Notes: generated by a model not told the origin, from the sequence alone. A stretch of DNA of 64,000 nucleotides from Candidatus Hydrogenedentota bacterium (GCA_963668025.2 CAXXTH010000017.1:800001-864000), one strand, 5' to 3'; shown: positions 39,231-49,934, numbered from the stretch's first letter. A program made the numbers and translations.

Positions 39231-40025
39231 ATGGATGACCGCGAGACAGGACGCTATTGGGAACGCAACGCGGAGACGTGGGCTCCGCTGGCCCGCATGG
39301 GCTGTGATGTGTACCGCGACGCCTGCAATACGCCGGGATTCATGGCGATGCTGCCGGATGTGGCGGGACTCGATGGGCTGGATATCGGCTGCGGCGAAGG
39401 ATATAACACACGGATGGCGGCGCGCCGGGGCGTGCGTATGACGGCGCTGGATATCGCTTCCACGTTTTTGGGATACGCCCGCCAGGGTGAATGCGAGACG
39501 CCGCTAGGCATCCGCTTCTTGCGCGGCAGCGGATTGGCATTGCCTTTCGCGGATGGCTCGTTTGATTTCGCCATGGCTACCATGAGCCTGATGGACATGC
39601 CCGGCCACGCCTCGGTGTTCGCCGAAGTGCGGCGCGTGCTGCGCCCGGACGGATTCTTCCAATTCTCGATCTGCCATCCGTGTTTCACTACCACTCGATG
39701 GAAATGGGTTACCGATGAAGAAGGCCGCCGGGTGGCGCTTGAGTGCGGCGATTATTTTACACGCCGGAATGGTGAATTGACGGAACTCTGGATGTTCGGC
39801 TCCGCGCCGGAGGAATACCGGACGCGCGTGCCGCATTTTGAAATACCGACCTTTTCCCGGCCTATCAGCGAATGGCTGAACATGCTGCTCGATGCCGGTT
39901 TCGCCATCGAACGCTTGGGCGAACCATATCCCAGCGATGAGGCCCTGGCGGCGCATCCAGAAATATATGACGCCCGAATCATCGCCTATTTTTTACACAT
40001 CCGCTGCCGCAAAAACGGAAGATAG
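39231..40025 (+). CDS. class I SAM-dependent methyltransferase
   Basis: LDIGCGEG, LPFADGSFD, VLRPDG. Confidence 0.9.
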   Translation: MDDRETGRYWERNAETWAPLARMGCDVYRDACNTPGFMAMLPDVAGLDGLDIGCGEGYNTRMAARRGVRMTALDIASTFLGYARQGECETPLGIRFLRGSGLALPFADGSFDFAMATMSLMDMPGHASVFAEVRRVLRPDGFFQFSICHPCFTTTRWKWVTDEEGRRVALECGDYFTRRNGELTELWMFGSAPEEYRTRVPHFEIPTFSRPISEWLNMLLDAGFAIERLGEPYPSDEALAAHPEIYDARIIAYFLHIRCRKNGR

Positions 40026-40390
40026 CGGAAAACTCCTATTCTCGCAGCACAACAAATTCGACAGCTCGCGTTCGTGTTACTACCATGCAAAACGTTGCTT
40101 TTTGCGAATATTTACATGGTAACCAGCGCGTTGCCTCGCAAACGCACCCACATATCAGAGCAAAAGAGGAATTTACTTAACAACAAAATCATACTAATGC
40201 TATATTCTATTTCTTTGTAATTGGTGTGGCGCTAAAAACCAGAAAGTAATGAGGCTCAAAATTCGTAATAAAGTGAGCAAAGCGTTCACAAAACTCCTAC
40301 CAATAACTCTATCTCATTAATAGATACTCTCCTTTTATGTCTTTTAAAAACAAGCACTTAGGAAAGCCTTTCGAATGCGGAAAAAGGCCA

Positions 40391-40419
40391 TTGACAAAAG
40401 CGTGAATTAATGACACAAT
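40391..40419 (+). promoter_or_regulatory. sigma70 promoter of the prepilin-like/glycosidase locus
   Basis: TTGACA-N17-CACAAT with an extended -10 TG. Confidence 0.6.
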
Positions 40420-40564
40420 AAATTTAGCTTATTGAACATTTCTTTTCTCGGCTTTTTTCTGGAACTGCGATATCACGTATTTCGGAAATGGATCATATCT
40501 CGCGGACCAGTTCTTCATGGGTTGGGGGTAAGTGGGCAATACAAACCATAGGAGGAGGCCAGTA

Positions 40565-41599
40565 ATGAAGTCTGAAAGACAGGGGTTCACCTTAATTGAG
40601 CTGTTGGTGGTCATCGCCATCATCGCCATCCTGGCGGCGATTCTGCTGCCTGCACTGGCCCGGGCGCGGGAGGCGGCCCGAAGGGCTTCCTGCTCCAGTA
40701 ATCTCAAGCAGTTTGGCATTATCTTTAAAATGTATGCCAATGAAAGCAAGGGGATGATCTATCCGCCCCATGCGCGCTGGTGTTTGGCTAATTATAACCT
40801 GTTTATGGGCTTGCCTTCCGATGATTTGTATCCCGACTATTGGAATGATCCGAATATCATGATCTGCCCATCCGATTCGCGCGCGACAGCGGACAGGTTA
40901 TCGGATTTTCTGCCATCAGGTTCTTTGGAGATTCCAGAGGACATCGAGGAAGCGGTCAAGTCGGTGAACATGAATAGCACGGGAGGGAAAGCGTGCCTCA
41001 ACAGCCTTCTCTCCCATCCCATTTCTTACATTTATACTCCTTACGCCGTTCAAACAAGCGCTGAGTTTTATGTAGTGGCGGTGATGTCCGGGTATATGGC
41101 GAAAGGATTGGGCACGGTTTCCCAGCCAGCGCTAAAAAATGCCGGATGCCCGGCAGCATGGACACTCGTGGGACACTACGAAGATTACGGCGATCTAAAA
41201 CAGGATGCCATAGACTTATTTGATGGCTGGGGCGGCGGCGGTTGGTGCAATAAGGGCAATATAGTGTTCAAACCCATCTACCGCCTTCGCGAAGGCGTCG
41301 AACGGTTCTTCATCACGGATATCAACAATCCAGCGTCGGGCAGTACGGGACAAAGCCAGTTGTTTGTCATGTGGGACGCTTGGGGCCAGATCCTGCAAGG
41401 CGTGGCGTTCCAAGGAGACGGACAGCCAGTAACCCGCTTCAACCACGCACCCGGCGGAAGCAATGTGCTGTACATGGACGGGCATGTCGAGTTCAAGAAA
41501 TACGGAGTGGAACCATTGCCGCCCATCGATCCCAATACGTATCCTGATCTCAGTGGGCAAGTGGGCTCCCTCATGATCACCTGCGGAGGATCTGGTTGA
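40565..41599 (+). CDS. prepilin-type N-terminal cleavage protein, DUF1559 / H-X9-DG-CTERM
   Basis: [42 protein letters not shown]; C-terminal [14 protein letters not shown]; AGGAGG RBS. Confidence 0.95.
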   Translation: MKSERQGFTLIELLVVIAIIAILAAILLPALARAREAARRASCSSNLKQFGIIFKMYANESKGMIYPPHARWCLANYNLFMGLPSDDLYPDYWNDPNIMICPSDSRATADRLSDFLPSGSLEIPEDIEEAVKSVNMNSTGGKACLNSLLSHPISYIYTPYAVQTSAEFYVVAVMSGYMAKGLGTVSQPALKNAGCPAAWTLVGHYEDYGDLKQDAIDLFDGWGGGGWCNKGNIVFKPIYRLREGVERFFITDINNPASGSTGQSQLFVMWDAWGQILQGVAFQGDGQPVTRFNHAPGGSNVLYMDGHVEFKKYGVEPLPPIDPNTYPDLSGQVGSLMITCGGSG

Positions 41600-41645
41600 T
41601 GGGGTTTGTTCCATCTTACGTTGATAGTCGTGTTTGTTCGTTTCG

Positions 41646-41722
41646 GTAGGGGCGCGTTGCACGCGCCCTTCCTGTTTGACACCGGTATGCCTCCATTGAC
41701 GGTGGGGCAAGCCCCACCCTAC
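41646..41722. repeat. inverted REP doublet (REPIN-like)
   Basis: GTAG-GGGCGCG-TTGCA-CGCGCCC on the + strand facing GGTGGGGCAAGCCCCACC-CTAC. Confidence 0.75.
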
Positions 41723-41780
41723 AATTTTTAGTGTGTTTCGAGGTCAACAACATCCGTCGCTGACGAGCAAGGAAATAAAT

Positions 41781-44471
41781 ATGCGGCACATTACAATCTG
41801 GACATTGCTTATGTTGTTGCTTTCGGGGGCCTCTTTCGCTGGAGAAGAAGCACAACCCGTATTCAAGCTCGCGCCGATTTCTGAGGTGCAACTGGGCGGT
41901 GAAATTGGACGCCGCATCGATTTGACCATTCAAGGCAACCTGCTCCAGTTGGACTTAGCGCCAGGCGGTTTGTTTTTGGGGCCGTTTCAGAAACAAACCT
42001 GGCCGCAGGACATGGGCGACTATGGCGGCTATGTAGGGCTTGGAAAGACAATGGACGCCTTGGTGCGCTTCACCGCCTACTCGGGTGACCCAAAAGTCCT
42101 CGCGTTGAAGGATAGTGTGTTCCAGACGCTGCTCGCCACGCAGACTGAAGACGGCTATATGGGTGCATTCGCGCCGGAAGCCCGTGTCACCTCGGCGTTC
42201 GACTTGCACGAAATGGTCTACATTATGCAGGCATTGGCGGATGACTACCGGTATTTCGATAGCCATGAATCGCTCGAAGCGGCGCGGCGCTTGGCGGATT
42301 TTATCATGCGCGCCAAACCGGCCGAGTGGATTTTCGAGAACATAAATGATGTCCGCAAGCTAAGCATCGAGCGGGCTTTTCTTGCCGTGGCCGACACGAC
42401 AGGCGAGGCGAAATATCGGGAGTACGGCGTGGCTACCATGGACCTGCGCAATTGGCAGCCGCCGGTGGAAGGGCATTGCTACTGGTTTTTCAACCGCTGC
42501 GTGGCGCAAGTGGATTTGTATCGCGTGGAAGGCAATCCCAAGTTGTTGGAGGAAAGCCACAAGGCCATAGACTTCCTCATGGCGAATGACGCCCAGGTCA
42601 TCACGGGCGCGTGCAGCCTCGGTGAATATTTTCATACGTCGCAAGAAGGCCGGGGCAACCTGGGCGAAAGCTGCGCCGTGGCCTACCTGATCCGGCTCTG
42701 CCACCAATTGCTGCAAGTCGAGGGGAACAGCATATATGGCGATATCATGGAACGGGCCATTCTGAATAGCCTCTTCGCGGCGCAGTCCGCCGATGGACGG
42801 CGGCTGCGGTATTACACTTGCTTCGAAGGCCCCAGGGCGTACATGAACACCGACACCTATTGCTGCCCTGGCAATTGGCGGCGCATTGTCTCAGAACTGC
42901 CCGAAATGATCTATTATGTGCAAGATGGCGGCTTCATGGTGAATCTCTACACGGCTTCTTCCGCCCAACTGAAACTAGGCAAAAAACTGTCCGCCGCCGT
43001 GCGGCAGGAAACGGATTATCCCAATTCGGGGAATGTCACGCTCCACGTGGAGCCATCCAAAAAAGCGGCGTTCGCGGTGCAATTGCGGATACCGCGCTGG
43101 TGCGGGAAGCCACAGGCTTCCGTGAATGGCAAACCCATTGAAGGCGTAACACCAGGGACGTTCTTGACCATTAAGCGGCAATGGGAAAAGGGCGACCGCG
43201 TGGAATTGTCATTGCCCATGGAAACGCGCCTAATCCAAGGGCGCAACGCCCAGTCGGGCAAGGCGGCGGTGATGCGCGGGCCAGTGGTGTTTTGCCTGGG
43301 CAATCAGGACAAGAGCTCGAATGAACTCAGCCATCTCCGTGCGCGTATCGCCGAGGTGGATGCGGAGCTCGGCGGCTTGAGCGGCAGCCCCGTGAATCTC
43401 GCGGATATCGCTGGCGGCGGCGGCGGATTCGGCGCGGGGCGAACAGGATGCGGCATTGACGCCCGTTCCGGAAACGTCGTGGGCGGCATGTACGGCCAGG
43501 TCTGGTGGCACACCGCCAATGAATTCAAAGCCTCCGAGTCTCCCTTCGTTGACGGTATTGTCGTGCCGAATGGCTCCCGCGGCCCCGTGCCGATCAGCGC
43601 CACGGGCCTCACCATCGAGGGCGTTCCCGCCACGTGCGGCATGGCCATCGGATACGCCATGGACGGCCCCAAGAACGCCAGCCATTGGACGCCCGCCGAC
43701 GGCCCGGAATACGCCGCGACGATATCGCCCATGTGCGCCTTGCCCCAGCCGTATTGCAACACGTGCGTGGGAGGTGTGGAGTATAGCGAGCCAGGCCATT
43801 CCATGCTCGGCCTCGAGGCGAACAAGGCCCTTACTTTTGACCTCGCGGCCATCCGAAAGGCCACCGGCTACCAAAAACTCACCTTCCAATCCATCATCGG
43901 CTATTGCGCGAAAGCGGACCCAACAGTGGACGTGGCCATCTATACGGATGGCAAGGCCGCACTCGAACGCACCGCGCTCACCCGGGAGCCGCTGCCGGTG
44001 AGCATCCAACTCGACACGGCGGCGCGATTCCTGACCCTGATGGTGACTGACCAAAATCAAACAACCTTTGACCACGACATCATCCCCAGCGACGCGGTGA
44101 TTTTCGGAGACCCGATGCTGGTTCCCCAAGATGCGGCAACATCAGATGGCGCGGCGGCAAAGCGCGCACACTTGGAAAAAGAAATGGCCTCACTGAAAGA
44201 GCAGTATCAACGCTATATTGAACCGCTCGATGCGGCGCGCGATATCGTGATAGACGGCGCGTCGGTGGAAGGCCCATTCCCCGACACAACGGTCCGCCCC
44301 GGCGGGATGGCATTGCACGTGAAGGGATGGAGCCCCGGACGCGATACGGCGCAGCCGCCCAACCTGGCGCTGATCCTATCCGAGTTTCCCGATCCCGAAG
44401 GCCGCGCCACGTATTTTAAAGTCAAGACTCTTGCATCCGCCGTGGAGGATGATCTAATTTCAAGTAAGTAA
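41781..44471 (+). CDS. GH127 beta-L-arabinofuranosidase-like glycosidase with a large C-terminal inserted domain
   Basis: Signal peptide; GHCY, ESCA, YCCPGN, QETDYP, LRIPRW, W..GDRVELSLPM, RGPVVFC. Confidence 0.88.
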   Translation: MRHITIWTLLMLLLSGASFAGEEAQPVFKLAPISEVQLGGEIGRRIDLTIQGNLLQLDLAPGGLFLGPFQKQTWPQDMGDYGGYVGLGKTMDALVRFTAYSGDPKVLALKDSVFQTLLATQTEDGYMGAFAPEARVTSAFDLHEMVYIMQALADDYRYFDSHESLEAARRLADFIMRAKPAEWIFENINDVRKLSIERAFLAVADTTGEAKYREYGVATMDLRNWQPPVEGHCYWFFNRCVAQVDLYRVEGNPKLLEESHKAIDFLMANDAQVITGACSLGEYFHTSQEGRGNLGESCAVAYLIRLCHQLLQVEGNSIYGDIMERAILNSLFAAQSADGRRLRYYTCFEGPRAYMNTDTYCCPGNWRRIVSELPEMIYYVQDGGFMVNLYTASSAQLKLGKKLSAAVRQETDYPNSGNVTLHVEPSKKAAFAVQLRIPRWCGKPQASVNGKPIEGVTPGTFLTIKRQWEKGDRVELSLPMETRLIQGRNAQSGKAAVMRGPVVFCLGNQDKSSNELSHLRARIAEVDAELGGLSGSPVNLADIAGGGGGFGAGRTGCGIDARSGNVVGGMYGQVWWHTANEFKASESPFVDGIVVPNGSRGPVPISATGLTIEGVPATCGMAIGYAMDGPKNASHWTPADGPEYAATISPMCALPQPYCNTCVGGVEYSEPGHSMLGLEANKALTFDLAAIRKATGYQKLTFQSIIGYCAKADPTVDVAIYTDGKAALERTALTREPLPVSIQLDTAARFLTLMVTDQNQTTFDHDIIPSDAVIFGDPMLVPQDAATSDGAAAKRAHLEKEMASLKEQYQRYIEPLDAARDIVIDGASVEGPFPDTTVRPGGMALHVKGWSPGRDTAQPPNLALILSEFPDPEGRATYFKVKTLASAVEDDLISSK

Positions 44472-44502
44472 AGCCATAGTATGTTACTACAAAATTGGGG
44501 AT

Positions 44503-46455
44503 ATGTATTCCATGAAAGAACTATTTATTTTTGCAGTGCTGGTTATCCTATGCGCACAAGGCAAGGCCTGGGCTCAAGAAGCCCAAATTAAAGTGGACGC
44601 AAGTGTCGTGACAAACTCCATTAGCCGCCACATGACGGGGGCGTGCATCGAGGATGTCAATCACGAGATCTACGGCGGCATCTACAGCCAGATGATTTTC
44701 GGCGAGAGTTTCCAGGAGCCCGCATCCACCCCGGAAGCCGTCAGCGGCATGTGGCGAAGCGTCCAATCCGGCACGGCCAAAGGTGCGTTCGCGCTCGAAC
44801 CGGGCCAGGCGTTTCTAAGAACCCAAAGCCAGCGGCTCACGTTTGCCGAAGGCCAGGGCGAACTGGGCATCGAGAATCAGGGCCTGAACCGGTGGGGCCT
44901 GTACTTCGTCGAGGGAAAACCATATGAAGGCCGCCTATGGGTGCGCAGTGAAAAACCAGCGGACCTGTATGTGGCGCTCGAGAGTGGCGATGGCGCGAAG
45001 GTGTATGCCGAAACTCGCCTGCACAGCGCCAGCGCCGAATGGCAGCCGCTCGATTTCAACCTGGCGCCCTCCGGAACGGACACGGCAGGCCGCTTCACCA
45101 TCAAGCTCAAACAACCGAGTTCGGTGGCCGTCGGATATGCGTTTCTTCAGCCGGGCGCGTGGGGGCGTTTCAAAGACCTGCCCGTGCGCAAGGATGTCGC
45201 CGAGGGCTTGCTCGAGCAAGGCCTGACGGTCTTGCGCTACGGCGGCAGCATGGTGAACGCGGAAGGCTACCGCTGGAAAAACATGATTGGCCCGCGTGAC
45301 AAGCGCCCTCCCTATAAAGGCACTTGGTATCCCTATTCGACGAATGGCTGGGCGATTGTAGACTTCGTGGCCTTTTGCCGTGCGGCCGGATTCCTATGCG
45401 TGCCCGCCTTCAACATGGGCGAGACCCCCGAGGACATGGCCGATTTCATCGAGTACATGAACGGCCCCGCCGACTCCGAATGGGGGCGCAAACGCATGGA
45501 AGACGGATTCCCGGAACCATTCAACTTGAAATACATCGAGCTCGGCAATGAAGAAAAGATCGACGAAAATTATTGGCAACACTTCAAGCCCATGGCCGAA
45601 GCCATCTGGGCGAAAGACCCCAATATTACCGTTGTCGTCGGCGACCTTGGCTATGCCGGTGTTATCCAAGATCCCTTTAATTTCACGGGAAATCCGACGG
45701 GCCTCACCACGCTGGCCACTTACCAGCAAATACTCGAGTTGGCAAAGAGCCACAACCGGACGATATGGGCTGATATCCATCTCTCGAACAACGAACCAAC
45801 CGAACCGAATCCGGAACCCATCCGCTCCTTTATCGAAGCATTGGGCAAGCTGTGCCCCGGAGCCGATTATAAAGTGGCGGTGTTCGAGGAAAACTCCGGC
45901 AACCATTTGTTGCGCCGGGGCTTGGGCCACGCGCACGCGATCAATGTGCTCGAACGCATGGGCGGCAAAGTGCCGGTGGTCTGCGCGGCAAACTGCCTCC
46001 AACCCTACAAACAGACCGACAACGGCTGGGATCAAGGCCTGCTCTTCCTGTCCCCTTCCCAAGTCTGGGGCCAGCCCTCGTACTACGTCACCCAAATGGT
46101 GTCACGCAATTACCTGCCAAAATGCGTAAAATCAGAGCTCGAATGCCCCGATAACACCTTGGATGTCACCGCCAAAACGAGCGAAGACGGGACCGTGCTC
46201 ACCCTTCAAGTCGTCAACATGGTCGAGCGCGCCGTTCCAGCCCGCATTCATATCACCGGTTTCACCCCCACGAAACCATCTGCCGAAGTATCGACGATCT
46301 CAGGGAGCTTGGAGGATGAAAACACCCCCGAAGAACCCAAACGGATCATCCCTCAACAACGGGAATGGGAACACCAGTTCCAGAACGGCATCATGCACTA
46401 CGAGTTCCCCGCATACTCATTCACCATCTTGAATCTGAATGGCAAACCCGAATAG
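44503..46455 (+). CDS. GH51-like alpha-L-arabinofuranosidase, secreted
   Basis: EDVNHEIYGGIY, LRYGG, YIELGNE, C-terminal all-beta domain (FPAYSFTIL). Confidence 0.88.
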   Translation: MYSMKELFIFAVLVILCAQGKAWAQEAQIKVDASVVTNSISRHMTGACIEDVNHEIYGGIYSQMIFGESFQEPASTPEAVSGMWRSVQSGTAKGAFALEPGQAFLRTQSQRLTFAEGQGELGIENQGLNRWGLYFVEGKPYEGRLWVRSEKPADLYVALESGDGAKVYAETRLHSASAEWQPLDFNLAPSGTDTAGRFTIKLKQPSSVAVGYAFLQPGAWGRFKDLPVRKDVAEGLLEQGLTVLRYGGSMVNAEGYRWKNMIGPRDKRPPYKGTWYPYSTNGWAIVDFVAFCRAAGFLCVPAFNMGETPEDMADFIEYMNGPADSEWGRKRMEDGFPEPFNLKYIELGNEEKIDENYWQHFKPMAEAIWAKDPNITVVVGDLGYAGVIQDPFNFTGNPTGLTTLATYQQILELAKSHNRTIWADIHLSNNEPTEPNPEPIRSFIEALGKLCPGADYKVAVFEENSGNHLLRRGLGHAHAINVLERMGGKVPVVCAANCLQPYKQTDNGWDQGLLFLSPSQVWGQPSYYVTQMVSRNYLPKCVKSELECPDNTLDVTAKTSEDGTVLTLQVVNMVERAVPARIHITGFTPTKPSAEVSTISGSLEDENTPEEPKRIIPQQREWEHQFQNGIMHYEFPAYSFTILNLNGKPE

Positions 46456-46481
46456 AGCGATACTTTGGCAAATTACGTTGA

Positions 46482-47327
46482 ATGCCTAATACCGTGATGA
46501 GGCAAATAATGGATCCAAATCTCTATAACAACACCAGAAGGATCATATTTAGCACTATACATGATCCGAAAAAAGGATTTGATGCTGCGTTTGATTACAT
46601 GGAAAGAACATATCGCACTAAACTGAGCCATAATTCCTATACAGGCCTAATGGCCGAAATCCAATTCTATAAAAACTACAAGGATGCGTATAGTTTAACT
46701 GTTTCTGCTGATGTAGGAGACCATACGGATTTTTCGGGCAATCTAGATGGAAAGCCTACTAGATTTGATGTAACGACTAACACTGACTTTAAAGACTTTG
46801 AAGATTATGAACCTTATATGGGGTCAGGCATCGAATATAAGATCGCCCATTATGATCACTCTACCTTTAGCTTAGTCGATATTCTAGATTTAAGATTTGA
46901 GAAATGCTCATGTGGTGGATATCTTTTTCCCTTTATCTTGATGAAGACCGAGAACACTAATAGAAAAAATGAACCCTGCGGTAGTAACGACCAAGTGCTC
47001 ATTAAGATATGCAATACATGCCTTCACTGGTCCGAACAAACTAGGTGGTCACATATATCCTGCTGTAGCCCTTCTGAGTTTTATGAAAGTATTCGTGGAA
47101 TTAATGAGGAAGAGAACCATGCTTTAGAACAACTAGATATTTATAAGACCGATATGTACAAAACATTTCGGCGTGAAATTAACGGAAGTATTATGGCACT
47201 TGCAGAACATAACTACAAAATAACCAAACCAGATGGGGATGGTGAGTGGTTCTTTGATTTTGTATTCATAAACAGGGCCGTTTCTAAGCACTTCCCTCTA
47301 GAGGTGGAAGTAGGGCTTATTGATTAG
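46482..47327 (+). CDS. AT-rich hypothetical protein, possible PD-(D/E)XK nuclease with a Zn-binding region
   Basis: G..AE helix, then D..DF...RFDVT; CSC and CNTC; start may be 46509. Confidence 0.55.
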   Translation: MPNTVMRQIMDPNLYNNTRRIIFSTIHDPKKGFDAAFDYMERTYRTKLSHNSYTGLMAEIQFYKNYKDAYSLTVSADVGDHTDFSGNLDGKPTRFDVTTNTDFKDFEDYEPYMGSGIEYKIAHYDHSTFSLVDILDLRFEKCSCGGYLFPFILMKTENTNRKNEPCGSNDQVLIKICNTCLHWSEQTRWSHISCCSPSEFYESIRGINEEENHALEQLDIYKTDMYKTFRREINGSIMALAEHNYKITKPDGDGEWFFDFVFINRAVSKHFPLEVEVGLID

Positions 47328-47418
47328 GTATACCTTTTCACACATATATGCAGTTAAAGTATTTTCTATCATTATTCGCTCAATTCAATTGTGCTAGCGC
47401 CTTATTTCTTGCCTTTAA

Positions 47419-47883
47419 TCAAGAGATGTCCACATAGGCAAATGACTGCGGTGGCTTAATTCCATAAGCTTGTATAGGGCAAACAGGCTTTTCAAATACT
47501 CGAACATCCCCTACTCTAATGGCATAACCATATTCACGTCCCTCGAAATAAGCCTCAAAACTTTTCTCGTCGATGCCCGAAAACAGTCTTGTCCTTTGCC
47601 ATAGTATTGACACTCTATCGCGTATTATCTCGAGCACATCAAATTCAGCTACAACCATTTTGACTGGCGCGGTTACATACATAAAAACCGTTTCAACTGG
47701 TCGCTTAAAAATCGATCTGCGGAATTCAAATCGCTTTTCCCCGGAAAGTATCACTTCAGCATATTTTGGTTTAATCGACAATAAAGCGTGTGTCGGTCTT
47801 GGACAACTTGAGTATCGTTTCAAATTGTTCGAGCGTGAGTCGTTCAAATCCTCGCGGAGCGGATTCAGTATCCCTAATGACAT
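47419..47883 (-). CDS. ASCH domain protein
   Basis: LLSIKPKYAEVILSGEKRFEFRR (GxKxxExR), YVTAPV, PPQSFAY; overlaps the 3' end of the upstream gene; start uncertain. Confidence 0.9.
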   Translation of the reverse strand: MSLGILNPLREDLNDSRSNNLKRYSSCPRPTHALLSIKPKYAEVILSGEKRFEFRRSIFKRPVETVFMYVTAPVKMVVAEFDVLEIIRDRVSILWQRTRLFSGIDEKSFEAYFEGREYGYAIRVGDVRVFEKPVCPIQAYGIKPPQSFAYVDIS

Positions 47884-48564
47884 GATTCTCTATTAACTCC
47901 TTCATATTCGGTCGGGCGGGAAACGAATAGGCATACATAAATTCCACGATAAATGGTCGTGATCTTGAATTATAGTTCCAATGCTTACGAAGTTGATCAT
48001 CGGTAAAAACACTACGCTTACGACAAAGGCTCACGAATCGTTCCTCACTATTTATATTTAGATATATCGCTTCAACAATGCCGAGAGTGGTAACAACCGA
48101 TTTGTAGTATCCTCCCGTTCGATAAAATACGATCAAATCACCGGTGTATAGATCTCGGTTGATGGATCTTGAAATGTAGACCTTTCGAATAGCATTTCGA
48201 TGAGGCTGTTGCTCTACATAATCATCCGGGGATTCGTTTTTCAGAATCGAATCTGGCAGGAGCTCGGTGTGATATTCAGGATATATTGGGACGATGAATA
48301 CACGAGACTCTCGGCTCATATAGGGAAAAGTCTGGCTTGGTCTCGCAACATAAAATTGCTTTGCCATACTACGAACAAATACGTCTTCTTCACCGTAGTC
48401 ATTTTTCTTCTTGCCATGAAGACAAAAACCAAAATCCTTGAGGAGATTAATCAGTCTCTCTTGCTCAATCGAGTGCGAAAAGATCGTTACATATATCTCA
48501 TCTACATTTTGTCGCACGGCATTATCGAAAATGATCTTCAGAAAACGCTCACCTAACTTAAACC

Positions 48565-49934
48565 GGGTGCTCCCTCAATATGATAACCTCAATTGACCCC
48601 GTGGCGGGCCACGTGTTGCCAGAACTGGTCCCAACGGCCCTCGGTCATCTCCAGCGACCTGAGCGCGATCACCGCGCTCGCGCCCGCTTCCTTCCACCGC
48701 ATCCCGGAGCATGCCAGGCGTTGCTTGATCAGCGTCTTGCACGCCGCCTCCGTCACTCCGCTGCCGATGGGAAGGCGCTCCGCCGTGTGCCGCCAGTATT
48801 GCATCTTCGAGCGGTGATTGCCGAAGTAGGTGATCGCCTTGCCGAGTTCCTCGCGGCAAGCCTGGGCGCGCACGCTTGGCAAGCTCGCCTTCATCTCCTC
48901 CAGCAAGCGTCCGGCTGCGCCCCTCGTGTGCTTCAGCCGGTGACTCCAGTCCGCCTCCCACTCCCGGCGGCGCGCGCCATGACCGTGAATCGCCTCCGCC
49001 GCCTTCCCCACGTATTCCCGCGCGTGATAGAAATCCAGCATCTGCCGGTCCGTGCGCGGCGTCAAAAACTTCCAGTTGTCCGGCGCGCCGTCGGCCAGGC
49101 CGATATACAGCGCCGCCGGGTGCCTCGCCCTCACGCGCTCCACCTCGCGGCCGAAGCGCTCGAGGAAAGTCTGCTTGCCGTACTCGGGCGATGCGCCCGC
49201 GTAGATCGTGTGCAGCCGCTCCCCGTCCTTGTCGTACAGGCTGATGGACCCGCACATCGCCTGACGCCAGCCGTCCTCCCTGAGCAGCATGCAGGTGCCG
49301 TCCAGGCCCACGGCCACCGACGCGACCGGCCTGTCCAATTCCGGCAGCTCGTACTCCCACGTCTCCTCCCTGGCCTGCGCCAGGGCGCCCACAAAATCGC
49401 CGATCTTCTTCACATAGTCGCGCGAGATTGCGCGGCCTGTCGACTCGAGCAGGTCGCGGCGCATGACATCGGCGCCCATGCGGGAGTATTTTCCGCTGAC
49501 GATCCGGGCGTAGCGCGGCGTGGCGTTCATGACCATTCGCGCGTCCCGCTCCAGCGGGCAGAAGGTGCGCCCGCCCGTGGCGGTGTTCTGGTAGACGTGC
49601 CGCTCGACGCGGACCGGGCCGTGGGGCGTCTCGTAGGTCTGGCCGAAGCGCCCCTTGGTTTTGAAGGTGGTGGCGCCGACGCGGATGGGCGAGCCGTCTG
49701 TGTCGAAACGGGCCAGGGCCTCGGCCATGACTGCGCGCCCCACCCCGTTCAGGGCCTCCTGGACCGCCTCCTCCATATCGAGCATCGAACCACGCAGCCT
49801 CAGCGAGAAACTCACCTCGAACGTGTCGCCGTCGCGCCTTGTCACCATCGCTGCCATCGGTCTTCCTCCGTTAAGGGTCCGGCATACTTATCGACCCGAC
49901 ACGAGGATTTCTTTAGCATTCTGCGGGAACACCC
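48565..49934 (-). mobile_element. complete ISKra4-like insertion sequence, 1370 bp
   Basis: Ends GGGTGCTCCCTCAATATGATAA and (reverse complement) GGGTGTTCCCGCAGAATGCTAA; 8-bp target duplication CTTAAACC at 48557-48564 and 49935-49942; GC-rich inside an AT-rich gene. Confidence 0.95.
48589..49857 (-). CDS. ISKra4-family DDE transposase
   Basis: GLDGTC, LADGAPDNW, LDFYHAREY, PIGSGVTEAACKTLIKQRL..SGMRW; GGAGG RBS. Confidence 0.93.
   Translation of the reverse strand: MAAMVTRRDGDTFEVSFSLRLRGSMLDMEEAVQEALNGVGRAVMAEALARFDTDGSPIRVGATTFKTKGRFGQTYETPHGPVRVERHVYQNTATGGRTFCPLERDARMVMNATPRYARIVSGKYSRMGADVMRRDLLESTGRAISRDYVKKIGDFVGALAQAREETWEYELPELDRPVASVAVGLDGTCMLLREDGWRQAMCGSISLYDKDGERLHTIYAGASPEYGKQTFLERFGREVERVRARHPAALYIGLADGAPDNWKFLTPRTDRQMLDFYHAREYVGKAAEAIHGHGARRREWEADWSHRLKHTRGAAGRLLEEMKASLPSVRAQACREELGKAITYFGNHRSKMQYWRHTAERLPIGSGVTEAACKTLIKQRLACSGMRWKEAGASAVIALRSLEMTEGRWDQFWQHVARHGVN

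Noticed and set aside
26547-41723. Identical 24-bp repeats as a CRISPR array
   Set aside because: Copies are kilobases apart with no regular spacers and no cas genes; they fit REPs
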